From assembly GCF_009914755.1 (NCBI RefSeq), contig NC_060928.1: 64,000 bases of DNA; one strand, given 5' to 3'. Below are positions 12,239 through 29,341 of this stretch, piece by piece (within the stretch, counting starts at the first letter, position 1; each line of letters begins with the position of its first letter). The translations under genes and the position numbers were made by a program. This DNA comes from the human T2T-CHM13v2.0 reference genome, Homo sapiens. Under the pieces are notes generated by a model. It worked only from the letters and a program-made list of their open reading frames with translations. It was not told the DNA's origin and ran no database searches.

Positions 12239-13650
12239 TATTTATTTATTTATTTATTTATTTCAATAGGTTTTGGGGGAACAGGTGGTGTTTGGTTACA
12301 CGCATAAGTTCTTTAGTGATGATTTCTGAGATTTTGGTGTACCCATCACGCGAGCAGTGTACACTGTACCCAACGTGTAATATTTTATCCCTCACTCCTC
12401 TCCCACCCTTTCCCCAAGTCCCCAAAGTCCATTGTATCATTCTTATGTTTTTGCATCCTCATAGTTTAGCTGCCACTTATGAATGAGAACATACAATGTT
12501 TGGTTTTCCATTCCTGAGTTATTCACTTAGAATAATGGTCTCCAATTCCATCCAGGTTTATTTTGTTCGTTTTTATGGCTGAATAGTATTCCATGGTATA
12601 TATTTATACCACAATTTCTTTTTTATTATTATTATTATTATACTTTAAGTTTTAGGGTACATGTGCACAATATGCTGGTTAGTTACATAGGTATACATGT
12701 GCCATGCTGGTGTGCTGCACCCATTAGCTCGTCATTTAGCATTAGGTATATCTCCTAATGCTATCCCTCCCCCTTCCCCCAACCCCACAACAGTCCCCAG
12801 AGTGTGATGTTCCCCTTCCTGTGTCCATGTGTTCTCATTGTTCAATTCCCATCTATGAGTGAGAACATGCGTTGTTTGGTTTTTTGTCCTTGAGATAGTT
12901 TACTGAGAATGATGATTTCCCATTTCACCCATGTCCCTACAAAGGACATGAACTCATCATTTTTTATGGCTGCATAGTATTCCATGGTGTATATGTGCCA
13001 CATTTTCTTAATCCAGTCTATCATTGTTGGACATTTGGGTTGGTTCCAAGTCTTTGCTATTGTGAATAGTGCCGCAATAAACATACGTGTGCATGTGTCT
13101 TTATAGCAGCATGATTTATAATCCTTTGGGTATATACCCAGTAATGGGATGGCTGGGTCAAATGTATACCACAATTTCTTTATCCACTTGTTAATTGATG
13201 GGCATTTGGGCTGGTTCCATATTTTTGTGATTGTGAATTGTGCTTCTATAAACATGCATGTGCAAGTATCTTTTTTCCTGTGATGACTTACTTTCCTCTA
13301 GGTAGATACCCAGTAGTGGGATTGCTGGATCAAATGGTATTTCTACTTTTAGAACTCAGTTCTTTAAGGAATCTCCACACTGTTTTCCATAGTGGTTCTG
13401 CTAGTTTACATTCCCACCAGCAGTGTAAGTGTTCCATTTTCACCACATCCATACCAACATCTATTTTTTTTTAATTTTTTGATTGTGGCCATTCTTGCAG
13501 GAGTGATTTTGATTTGTATTGTGGTTTTGATTTGTATTTCCCTGATAATTAGTGATGTTGAACATTTTTTCATATGTTTGTTGGCCATTTGTGTATCTTC
13601 TTTTGAGAATTGTCTATTCATGTCCTTAGCCCACTTTTTGATGGGATTAT
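12239..13650 (-). mobile_element. L1PB (L1PB1-like) 3' fragment interrupted by an L1PA
   Basis: (TTTA)n tail and L1PB 3'UTR (gggaacaggtggtgtttggttac); resumes at 13165. Confidence 0.85.
12621..13164 (-). mobile_element. 5'-truncated young L1PA (about PA3-PA5) nested in L1PB
   Basis: Young L1PA 3'UTR; TSD tataccacaatttctt at 12605-12620 and 13165-13180. Confidence 0.92.
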
Positions 13651-14788
13651 TGCATCGTTAGGCAACTTCATTATTGTGCAAACATCATAGAGCGTACTAC
13701 GCAAACCTAGATGGTATAGCATAATACACACCTGGGCTATCTAGTAAAATCTATTGCTTCTAGGCCACAAACCTGTACAGCATGTGACTGTACTGAACAC
13801 TATAGGCAATTGTAACATAGTGGTATTTGTGTATCTAAGCATATGTAAACATAGAAAAGGTACAGTAAAAATATGGTATAAAAGATAAAAAATGGTACAC
13901 CTGCATAGGGCACTTACCGTGAATGAAGGTTGCAAGATTGAAAGTTGCTCTTGGTGAGTTGATGACCAGTGAATGAATGTGAAGGCGTAAGATGTTACTG
14001 TGCACTACTGTAGACTTTATAAGCACTGTACACTTAGACTATACTAAATTTATTTTTTAAATTTCTTACCTCAAAAATAGATTAACCTTAGTTTACTGTA
14101 TCTTTTTTACTTATAAACTTCTTAATTGTTTTAAGCTTTGACTCTTCTGTAAAAACACTTAGCTTAAAACAGAAACATATCGTTCGGCTGTACAAAAATA
14201 TTTTCTATCTTTGTATCCTTATTCTATAGGCTTTTGTCTGTGTTCAACCTTTTTTTCTACTTTTAAAATTAAAAAAAAAGCTAAGACATATGCACACACA
14301 TTAGCCTAGGCCTACAGGAGGTCAGGATCATCAACATCACTGTCTTCCACCTCCACATCATGTCTCACTGGAAGGTCTTCAGGGGAAGTAACATGCATGA
14401 AGCTGTCATCTCCTATGGTAACAATGCCTTCTGCTGCATACCTCCTGAAGGACCTGCCTGAGGCTGTTTTACAGTTCACTCTTTTTAACATAAGTAGGAA
14501 GAGTACATTCTGAAATGACAATAAAAATTTAGCATAGTAAAATACATAAACCAGTAATTTAGTCATTTGTACATGTTTGTACGTGCTAGTCTTTAAATGA
14601 CTGGGAGCACAGTAGGTTTCTTTACACCACATCACCACAAACACAGGACTAATGCATTGTGCTAAGACACTATGATGGCTACGATGTCACTAGGCAACAG
14701 AAATTTTTCTGCACCATTATAATATTACGGAAACACCATCATATATGTGGTCCGTTGATGATCAAAACACATTACCGGCACATGACTG
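13651..14788. mobile_element. Tigger3b (Golem) DNA transposon lacking one terminus
   Basis: gcaaacctagatggtatagc...acctgtacagcatg; ends cacatgactg plus TA. Confidence 0.85.
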
Positions 14789-14941
14789 TATGTATAAGTA
14801 CAAATTGGATAAAATATATGTAACTTTATTCTATCTAAAATTATTTCCCAGAGTAATGCTAAGTATTTTTAAAATAATGTTCTTTCACATTAAAAGTCAA
14901 TGAATTTTTGTGGTTTTTGTTTTTTGCTAATAATAATTTTT

Positions 14942-18794
<3,853 letters not shown>

Positions 18795-20411
18795 TTATTA
18801 GTTTAACTATTTCCACTTCCTCTTTTCCTCCCCCCGGTAACTTGTAGGCATACACATTATCTTGACTTCTCAAGACACGATCTCAGAATTCTCCATTCAT
18901 CAGTCTGCAAGAACTCTTTGCAACAAAACCATTTAAAGTCTACCAGAGCCTAGGTCTCTGGAGCATTTTGTTTGCAGTTGTTTATAACCAACTTCCAGAA
19001 ACACTGAATGTCAATTGCAGTATACTTTGAAAAGAAGTTATTTGTCACTATAGATTTCTTACCAAATTTAGTTTGTTGCAACGGAAAGGCCTTTTATTTT
19101 AGGTGAAAAATGACTTCTGATTTGATTTAGTCAAAGTTTTAATTTAGGTTTTCTAGTTTCATTTTCTTTTTCCTCTTCTCTAATCTTATAAAAAATATCC
19201 CACTACTGCAAAATGTGCCTGCTTGCTATAAACAAAAGCAGGCTCTAATAGAGTAAAAAGTTACAAACATACTAAGATGTCTAATTAAGATACTTATTGT
19301 AAAATTGGAAAAAATATTTATAAAAATAGAGAATTTTAAAAAATCGAATTGCCAAGCATTTCTAAGTACTCACAATTCTACATTGCACAGGAGATGTTTC
19401 ACTCCTGTAACTAAATTTTAAACAAAAGAAATGAGCTTTTAATCTTGGGCACCTAGAAATAGTTATTAATATAGAAAAATACAAAGTTCTATAACACGGA
19501 ACCAATATGATATATATGGTTATTGGTCTTATGTTAGATCTTAAGATAAAACTTTTTCAAATAGATATTCAAACAGTACAATACACTGAAAATTTTTCTA
19601 AAACCTTTTCTATTTACATAACATTTTATTTCTGAAAGCAAACACACATGCCAAAAAGGCTGAGTTTACCAAGGTTACAAAATGAATCAGTGAAAGGACG
19701 AGGAATATAATTTAAATCTCAGATTTTGTGGTAGTATCTAATAGACTCCTCATTTCCATTAATTTCCTAAAATATAGTATTGTTTTATAGAGAAAGCAAA
19801 AGCATTTCACATTTTTTCTGCAGTAAGCTGTTAGAGTGTAATATCTTTGGAGATCAAGACTCCGCATTGCTCTTCTAGGTGTCTACATGAAAAATAACTG
19901 ATTCCACTAAAGAGTAGAGAGGAAAAACAAAACTGGAATCAAGCAAATATGAGGACTTACAAACATACAAAAGGTTTATTTTTAAATTCACTAAGAACAC
20001 TAAACGTGTTTCTGATTCTCAATTTTAAATTTTGTTTTTGTTCCAACAATTCCAACTGGATTTTACACAATTGGATTTAATCCAAAACTCTATTTCCATT
20101 TAATAGCACGGAAACTGGACCTGATATTTGTTTAAAAGGAGGCCTTGGCCTCCTTACATTACCCTTTCATTGATTCACAGCCTTGCACTCAGAAAGTGTA
20201 TACCACAAAATGGAGATATCCCAGCAAGAACAGAGAGAGAGAGAGGAGAAGGGTTGGGGAGCTGGTGTGTCCTGTCCCCTTGCTGCTGACAGTGACTGTC
20301 ATACAGACAGGACTCAACTCTCTGTCCATTTATCTCTTTTCACCAACCTTTGCCTTCAAGGCCATTAAACTCCCTCTATTCACTTAGCTTCACCACCACC
20401 AACTCAATGCC

Positions 20412-20963
20412 TATGTCAGCTATCTATTGCTGTGCCACACATTACCACGCCTTGGTGGCTTCAGACAGCACACATTCATTATCACAGGTTTCTATGGTTG
20501 GAAATCTGGACGCCACTTAGCTGCCTCCTCGGCTTCAGCGTCTCTTACAAGGCTGCCATCACAGTGTCGACGGTGCTGCTGTCTCATCTGAGGGTCACCT
20601 CCAAGCTCACGGGGGTTTTGGCAGGCTTCAGTTCCTCGCAGACTATCAGACTGAGGACCTCAGGCCCTTGCTGGCTGCTGCCCAGCAGCTGCCATTGGTT
20701 CTTGCTATGTGGGCTTATTGCTATGGCAGCATTACTCTATCTGAGCCAGCATGGGAGAGCGGCAATAGGGAGAGTGGCACAGTAAGGCAAGAGTTAAAAT
20801 CTTATGTGACATAATCACGGAAGTGACATGCTACCACCTTTGCTGTACTCTTATGGTTAGAAACAAGTCACAGGTGCCACCCACAGCTATGGGAAGGGGA
20901 TCAGACCAGGGTGTGAATACCAGGAGGCAGAGATCACTGGGGACATCTTCGAGCCTATCTACC
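20412..20963 (-). mobile_element. MLT1 (F/G/H-type) MaLR LTR
   Basis: agctatctattgctg start; ttggttagaaacaagtcac-like and gggtgtgaataccaggaggc motifs. Confidence 0.7.
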
Positions 20964-22145
20964 AGGAGGCTTGAGCTCAGGCCCAGGTCTATTGGCCCTA
21001 GACCAGCAATCCATTATTTCAGCCTTAAATCAGATTCTTAGAACTTCATTTTGGTGATAAACTAGTTTACTGTTTTTGTTTTTTCGTTGTTGTTTTTTGT
21101 TTTTTTTTGGCTTGATACCTGGTTCCAAGAGCACCGTGTCCCAGCCTTGCTCTTGATAGCGGAATACTTGCCTGCAAATATTTCCCCCTATTTTCTGAAT
21201 GTATCACTCCTTCATTTCTCCTCGCCGTATGTTCTGTTTTGGGCCCCGGCATGAATACACTGCCTCTCATGCACATTTGCAGACTGCCCACTGCTGAATC
21301 TCCCGCGAGGTTTTTCGACAACTGGTTAGTTGAATACTCTGAAAATACGCTAGTATCTTTGGCTAATAGTGCTTGTAGCACATCTCTATGGACCCCACAG
21401 ACTAACAGCTGCTTTTCATTCCTGATACGTATTTCTTTGCACAGATTTCCTAAATAAACAAGTCTTATTCACATATTGTGACACTTGCCATTCTCCTGAC
21501 TTTTAGGTCGGCCTGGTTTCCTGACCTTAACTTGTTCTTTCTGACCCACCCTGACAGTGCCTGAGCTGGGGCTCTGATACATGTTTAATTGCCAGCAAAA
21601 CCCTTTATCTCTTATAAATCCCTCTCCAGTTCGAGTTCCATATCTAATCACAACATTCACAAGGATTTAAGAAAATACAACTACTTATTGAAGCACAAAT
21701 CTATAATGATGGAGAAAATAGGCTTTCAAAGAAAGTATGTTTTTATACTAAATATTTAAAACTGTCAAACTACTTATTCTGGAGGTTTCTATTTTTTAAC
21801 AGACAGGTCAAGTAGAAGAAAAGGCGATTCTCTAAAGAACATTATTCCAAAAAGTACATCTCTGTTTAAATCATGTTTTTGCTCTTTCCTGTGCCTCAGA
21901 TAACCTCCTGTGTCATCCATTTTTACATGTCAAAAGCCCATCTACACTTGAGGTCCATTTCACTGGATACTTCCTCCTTGGAGTTTTCTCTGATCACCCT
22001 AACCCAACACAGTGAGTCCCCTCTCTAAACCCCCAAACAATACTCATACTGGTCGTGGGGTATGTCATACATACTACTTTTTATATTCTCCTTTCATGAT
22101 CCTGATGGGTTGTAAATGTCTGTATACCAAAAACAATGTATTTCT

Positions 22146-22573
22146 GTTTTTTTTTTTTTAATACTTTAAGTTCTAGGGTACAGGTACACAACGTGCAGGT
22201 TTGTTACATATGTATACATGTGCCATGTTGGTTTGCTACACCCATTAACTTGTCATTTGCAATAGGTATTTCTCTTAATGCCATCCATCCCTCCCCACTC
22301 CCGCCACCCCACAACAGGCCCCAATGTGCACACGTATGTTTATTGCGGCACTATTCACAATAGCAAAGACTTGGAATCAACCCAAATGTCACATATACAC
22401 CATGGAATACTGTGCAGCCATAAAAAAGATGAGTTCATGTCCTTTGTAGGGACATGGACGAAGCTGGAAACCATCATTCTAAGCAGACTATCGCAAGGAC
22501 AGAAAACCAAACACCACATGTTCTCATAGGTGGGAACTGAACAATGAAAACACTTGGACACAGGGCAGGGAAC
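22146..22573 (-). mobile_element. Short L1PA (about PA5-PA7) 3' end with a twin-priming inversion
   Basis: Minus-strand 3'UTR to about 22327, then a plus-strand L1 segment; TSD aaaacaa(t/c)gtatttct at 22130 and 22574. Confidence 0.9.
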
Positions 22574-23119
22574 AAAACAACGTATTTCTTACTTTTCTAC
22601 TCATTGAGATAGATTCAGTGTCAACATATTTTTAGTAAATTTATATGAGTAACATAGTAATACTCAAAGTTTTATTATGAATAGACAATACCCGCTTTAG
22701 GAGACAGAGTTGAAATCTTTAATATCATATGTAATTTCATTAAAGATCTAAATGTCTAATATCTTATGTGATGTTAGTATTTATTAAATGATATTAGAAA
22801 TAAACTGCAAAACTCATTTTTTGAAATATTTACCACAGTTAAATATATCATAGATAATAAATACATTTTCATTTTCTTTGCCTTGTATCTTCCTATTTCT
22901 TAGTAATCTACCAGTTTAATTTGGGCATATCTGTACCCCTAAAATAAAAAATGTTGCATTTTTGTATGTGGATACATTAATTCAAGGTATAGTAGCACTT
23001 GAAATACCTTGAAGGTCTTAAAGCATCACAAAGCTGAACGTTAGAATCAGTATCTGATCTGAATAAAGATGACCTCTCTATGGCTGCAGCATCAGCTGCA
23101 AAAGCCTCACCAAGGGGGT

Positions 23120-23524
23120 CTGCAGGAAATGCGGAGGGCAGTGGGGTGCCCCAGCTGGATCCTACTTGCCAGGAGGCACTATCTCTCTGGTAGCTGGGAG
23201 TACTGATAGAACAGGGCTCTCAGCTGTCAGTCCTCTTTGAGGATTGCTTCAGCTAAAGAATACTGCTTCACCCAAGCCCACAGCTACTGACTAACCAACA
23301 TACTTACTCTGTGGGGCAACTCTGAAAGGTCATTCTGGCTCCAGAGCTCTCTGTAGATTAGGCTAAGTCCTTCACTGGATCTTCATTTCAGCTCAACTGT
23401 GGGCCAGTCTTGCTTTCATCTCCTCCCTCCTACAGGTGTTAATCCTAAAATTATTTCCTAATAAACACCCTGCTTAAAAATTTTCATCTCAGAGTCTGTT
23501 CCCCAAAGAACTTAACTTGCAGCA
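23120..23524 (+). mobile_element. LTR16-type ERVL LTR
   Basis: ctcagctgtcagtcctc, gggcaactctgaaagg, aataaac...catctcagagtctg 3' motifs. Confidence 0.7.
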
Positions 23525-23603
23525 AACACTAGGGTTGCTCTTGGGAGACGAGAGGATTTCCACAAAGAGATAAAATGATTATTCTTTGCTGTTTCTACCT
23601 AGA

Positions 23604-23851
23604 GAAGGTTTTTTCCAACCTTTGGTACTATTGATGTTATGAGCTGGATAATTATTTGCTGTTAAGGGCTACCCTGTGCATTGTAGGATATTGAGTAGCA
23701 TCCCTGGCCTCTACCACTAGATGCTAGTAGCACACGTGCATATGTGTGCACACAAGCGTGCACGCACACACACACAACCCATGTGACAAAAATGTCTGCA
23801 GATATTGCCAAATGTCCCCCGAAGGGCAAAATCCTCCATTGAGAATGTCTG
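23604..23851 (-). mobile_element. MER20 hAT DNA transposon
   Basis: cctgtgcattgtagga...catccctggcctctac...cagatattgccaaatgtcccc. Confidence 0.85.
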
Positions 23852-25113
23852 CCCTAGGACTAATTCTGGCGATAGGAGAACAACAAGCAATGAAAGAAGC
23901 TGGTGCCTCCCAGATGCCAGGGGTAGCAGTTGACAGGACACAGGTAAGCGGAGGCCCGGCACAGGCAGTCAGGAACACCTTCCTCCGCCACCCAGCCCTT
24001 GACTGCACCCCCACACCTCACCACTGGGTTAGCTGTGAAGAGCTGAGACTCCATAATTTGGAACTAGAGGTCAGTCGATCATTTTGGGGGGTGCACTGTC
24101 ATGTATGGAACGTCTTTCATCCTGCTCAATGCATATTCACTATTTATAGGCTTCTGAAAGGTGTCACATTCTCTTCAGTCTTTGATGAAAAGCAGGATTC
24201 TCCAATTCCACAGAGAAGCTGTAGGTTTTAGTTGTTTTTTTTTCCTCTTCAAATTCTTGAAGTGCCAGTGTTCTTAAAGGCTTTCCTGATCTGCTTTAAA
24301 TGTCCTGGGTATGCATTTAAGTAAGAGAGACACTTCCTTCACATATAATCTCTTCAATTGCAGGGGAAGCTAGGGTATTGGGATTCTAGAGAATTTCCTT
24401 CACTCTTGAATTCCTCGATTTACATAGAAAAAGCTGGAGTTGGGGGAAATGAGATGTACAATTGAGGCAGAAGGAAGTATCAGAGCTATACAGGAACCAG
24501 CATAAACAGAATATCTGTAGGTTGGGACATATTCAAAATACTATCACTAAGTGCTCCAATTACCACTACTACTATTATTGTCACATTTCCATCCACATAC
24601 TTTTTTTCCTTCTTTTTTCTGTTTTTTAATGGAAGTATGATTGATATATGAAAAAGCAGTATATATTTAATGTATACATCCTGATGAGTTTGGAGATAAG
24701 TACATATCTGAAATCATCAACAGAAGCACTGCCGTAACCTTACCCGTCACCGGCCCAGGTTCCTGCCTCCCTCTCTTTTTGTGTATATAATAAGAACATC
24801 TAACATAAAGTCTACCCTCTTCATAAATGTTTACGTATATAATATGGTTTTGTTAACTATATGCTCTATGCTGTGCCGATCTCCACACTTATTCATCCTG
24901 CGTCAGTCACCCTAGGGACGCTTAGATTGACATCTATCTGCTGCCCACTCCCCCCAGCCATGGTACCCACCATTCGACTCTCTGTTTCTATGAATTTGAC
25001 TATTTTAGACTCATGACATAAATGGGATCATGTACTATTTGCCATTTTGTGCCTAGCTTATTTCCTTTAGTGTCCTCCAAGTTCATCTATGTTACAACAA
25101 ATGGCAGGATCTC

Positions 25114-25420
25114 TTTTTTTTTTTTTTTTTTGAGACAGACTTTCACTCTTGTTGCCCAGGCTGGAGTGCAATGGTGCGATCTTGGCTCACCGCAATCTCC
25201 ACCTCCTGGTTCAAGCGATTCTCCTGCCTCAGCCTCCTGAGTAGCTGGGATTTTTTTTTACAGGTCTGCACCACCACGCCCGGCTAATTTTTGTATTTTT
25301 AGTAGAGATGTGATTTCTCCATGTTGGTCAGGCTGGTCTCAAACTCCCGACCTCAGGTGATCCACCCGCCTCGGCCTCCCAAAGTGCTGGGATTACAGGC
25401 ATGAGCCACCACACCCAGCC
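25114..25420 (-). mobile_element. AluSp
   Basis: Full dimer; tttctccatgttggtcagg diagnostic. Confidence 0.9.
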
Positions 25421-27232
25421 TTTTTTTTCTTTTTAATTTCAACTTTTGTTTTAGACTCAGGGGGTAAATGTTCAGGTTTGTTACACTGGTATATTGCCTG
25501 ATGCTGAGGTTTGGGGTATTAATGATCCATGAGCATAGTAACTGCTAGTTTTTCAGCCCTCACTCCCCTTCCTCCCTTTCTTTTTCTGGAGTCCCCAGTG
25601 TCTGTGTTTGTCATCTTTATGTTCACAAGTGTCCAGTGTTTAGCGCCTACTTATAAGAGAGAACATGTGGTATTTGGTTTTCTGTTCCTGCATTTGTTCA
25701 CTTAGGATAATGGCACCCAGATGCATCCATGTTGCTGCAAAAGACATGATTTCATTCTTTTTTATGGCTGTGTAGTGCTCTATGGTGTGTAGGCACCACA
25801 TTTTCTTTGTCCAATCCACTGTGCATGGGCACCTACGTTGATTCCATGTCTTTGCTATTGTGAATAGTGCTGCAAAGAACATACCTGGCATGTGTCTTTA
25901 TAGTAGAATGATGTATTTTCCTTTCGCTGTACACCCAGTAATGGGATTGCTAGGTTGAATGGTAGCCATGTTTTATGTTATTTGAGAAACATCCAAACTG
26001 CTTTCCACAGTGGCTGAACTAATTTACATTCCCGCCAAGAGCATATAAATGTTCCCTTTTCTCCACAGCCTCACCAGCATCTGCTATTTTTTGACTTTTT
26101 AGTAATAGCCATTCTGACTGGTGTGAGATGGTGTCTCATTGTGGTTTTGGTTTGTATTTCTCTGACGATAAGTAATGTTGAGCAGTTTTTCATGTTTGTT
26201 GGCCATTTGTATGTCTTCTTTTGGGAAGTGTCTGTTCATGTTCTTTGCCCACTTTTTAATGGGATTGTTTTTTGCTTGTTCACTTGTTTAAGTTCCTTAT
26301 GGATTCTGGATATTAGATCTTTATTGGATACAGTTTGTGAATATTTTCCCCCATTTTGTAGGGTGTATGTTAGCTCTGTTGATAATTTCTTTTGCTGTGC
26401 AGAAGCTCTTTAGTTAGGTCCCACTTACCAATTTTTGTTTTTGTTGTAGTTGTTTTTGGGATCTTAGCCATAAATTCCTTGCCAAGGCTGGTGTCCAAAA
26501 TGGTGTTTCCTAGGTTTTCTTCTAGATTTTTTAAAAGCTTGAGGTCTTACATTTAAATTCTTGCTCCATCTTGAGTTAATTTTTGCATACGCTGAAAAGT
26601 AGGAGTCCGGGTTTAATCTTCTGCATTTGGTTAGCCAGTTATCCCAGCACCATTTACTGAATAGGAAGTCCTTTCCCCATTGCTTATTTTAGTCAACTTT
26701 GTCAATGGTCAGATGGTTGTCGTTGTGCAGCTTTATTTCTGGGCCCTCTATACTATTACAATTGGTCTATGTATCTGTTTTTTGTATCAGTACTATCCTG
26801 TTTTGATTACTGTAGCCTTATAGTATAGTTTGAAATCAGATAATGTGATGCCTCCAGCTTTACTCTTTTTGCTTAGGGTTATTTTGGCTATTTTGGCTAT
26901 TTTTTGGTTCCATATGAGTTTTAGAATAGTTTTTTTCTAATTCTGTGAAGGATGGCATTGGTAGTTTGATAGGAGTAGTGCTGAATCTGTAGACTGCTTT
27001 AGGCAGTAGGCCATTTTAATGATATTAATTCTGCCAATCCATGAGCATGGAATGTTTTTGCATTTGTTTGTGTCATCTATGATTTCTTTAGTAGTGTTTT
27101 GTAGTTCTCCTTGTAGAAATCTTTCACTTCCTTAGTTAGAGGTATTCCCAAGTTTTTTTTTGTAGCTATTGTAAATGGGACTGCATTCTTGATTTGACTC
27201 TCAGCTTGAATCTTATTGGTGTATACAAATAC
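25421..27232 (-). mobile_element. L1PA15/16-like 3' fragment
   Basis: ggtatattgcctgatgctgaggtttgggg 3'UTR and ORF2 C-terminal remnants. Confidence 0.8.
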
Positions 27233-28859
27233 TCCTGTTTTTTATATATACTACATTTTCTTTATTTCATCTTTTCATGGACATTTAGATTGTTTCTATG
27301 TCTTTGCTACTGTAAATAATGCTACAATCAACGTGAGAGTGCAGATATATCTTCAAGATCCTGATTTCAATTTTGGGAGGTTTATACTCAAAAGTGGGAT
27401 GGCTGGATCATATGGTAGTTCTATATTAAATTTTTTAGGAACCTCCATATTGTTTTCAATAGTTAATGTACTAATTTACATTTCCACCAGTGTACAAGAG
27501 TGCCCCTTTCTCCGTATCCCCACCAACACTTGTTGTTTTTTGTTTTTTTGTGAATAGCCATCCTGACAGATATGAGATGATGTCTTGTGGCTTTGATTTG
27601 CATTTCCATCCACATATTTTTTAAGAATAAATAGAAAAAGGAGGTGCTTTTATATATGTGTGTGTCACAAAAGGATTATATGCAAACCAACTGCAAAATA
27701 CAAATGCTGCATTTCAGCACTGTCTTTAACCTTTGTCTTAATTTTTGAATTTAAGATTTTACAATAGCTATAATTTATTTTCTGTTAACCAACTTAATTT
27801 TTACATGCTTACTAATGCACCTTTGTATCATAGTGTTTAGCATTAGCAACACTGTGGGAGAAGAGGCAGAGAAAATATCCATGAAATACAGGTAATCTTT
27901 AATTTTATGAGACAGTTTCTTCCCATGAAGAATTTATAACTTTCTCAGCTCTAATCAAATTCCCTGCCACAGGAGCACGTTCTAATTAGAGCCATCTGCT
28001 CCTAGCAGGATATTCATCCCAGGCCAATGTATGGTGAAACATTCTAATCCATTTTAAGCATCTAATTTGTTTCTGCACTAAAATTCTAGGCAAAGAGCAG
28101 CTGGATGTCATTGGAGACTTTTCCTGCACAATGAGGGCAAGGAAAGTTAAAACAGAAATTCACTGAGTGGAAACCACGGATCTGTAATTAGGAAATATTA
28201 ATCTAGGACATGCAGTGATAAAAATCAATGACCAGCTGCTCATATCATGCTTATTGAAGTAGTTGACCCTAGAAAAACTACTACCATCTCATTTGTTCAT
28301 AGGCTTTTCGCCACTCCTTTTTTTGGATCAAGAGACATGGATTTATTCATCCATCCACTCATTTATTCATTCACACTACCACCATTGACAATTTTTGAGC
28401 AAGGCACTGTGCTTTGTGCTAAAGACAATGGGTACAGATGTAAGTCACTGATCTGGTTTTCAAAAGTTGATAGACAGTGTAAAATAATTTCAAGAGTGTT
28501 TTAAAAGGTCATTTTAAAACTTATCTTGGGGGCAGAAAGGAAATAATGTATGCAATAGTCTATTTTTGTTCCTACCATACATATAGCAATTAAGTGTAAG
28601 TATTATATTATTCCCTCCAGAACTTGTATATTATTACATAATTACAAGAATTGAGATATCTCAGATACTTTGTAAGGATGGTACATCTTTGACATAGTTG
28701 TTTATATTCAAATGCCACCATGAAACTCAGAGTAGATACAGGAGCTATAAAAGGAGAAAAAAAAAGACTATTCAAATTTCCATTAATTGGAAATGATTTT
28801 AAAGGAAAATGTAAAATACCAATTCAGGTGTCAATGAATGACTCCTAGGGGACAAGTTA

Positions 28860-28869
28860 ACACACACAG

Positions 28870-28901
<32 letters not shown>

Positions 28902-29303
28902 AGAAGCTACCTCCTGTTAGAGTCTATTTTTCTATTGGATTTTAAAATTTCTACTTTAAGTCACAATTAAATGCAAATACTTAACAGAACTGTTCTTGAG
29001 CTCTTCATTGCTAATAGCCTCTGCTGATTTTGCCCTCTTCTTCTCTACCCCTTTGCTTCAGCTCCAGTTTCCCAAATTTCTGTGACGGGGTGAAAGAGTA
29101 CACTGAGAGAGAGAAAAACACCACACCTCTGGAAGACAAAGGGATGCAATCACCTGATCCAGAGGAGATTATTTCTTTAAAAAAAAAAAAAAAAGTCACA
29201 CACACACACACACACACACACATGCGAAGCTTTGCATACTGAAGTGAACACCAACAGTTTCAGATTTCAAAACGAATGGACCCATGTGCACACGGGCACA
29301 TAG

Positions 29304-29340
<37 letters not shown>
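28860..29340. repeat. Cluster of three (CA)n microsatellites (about 28860-28898, 29197-29222, 29308-29339)
   Basis: Read directly. Confidence 0.9.

Positions 29341-29341
<1 letters not shown>

Larger units (their letters stand above)
24600..27600 (-). mobile_element. L1MA-type 3' fragment hosting a nested Alu and an L1PA15/16
   Basis: L1MA 3'UTR at 24620-25110 resumes near 27235; TSD catttccatccacata at 24584 and 27601. Confidence 0.75.

Noticed and set aside
23746-24231. 161-aa ORF
   Set aside because: It starts inside MER20 and a CA-like tract from a non-ATG codon, with no recognisable domain.
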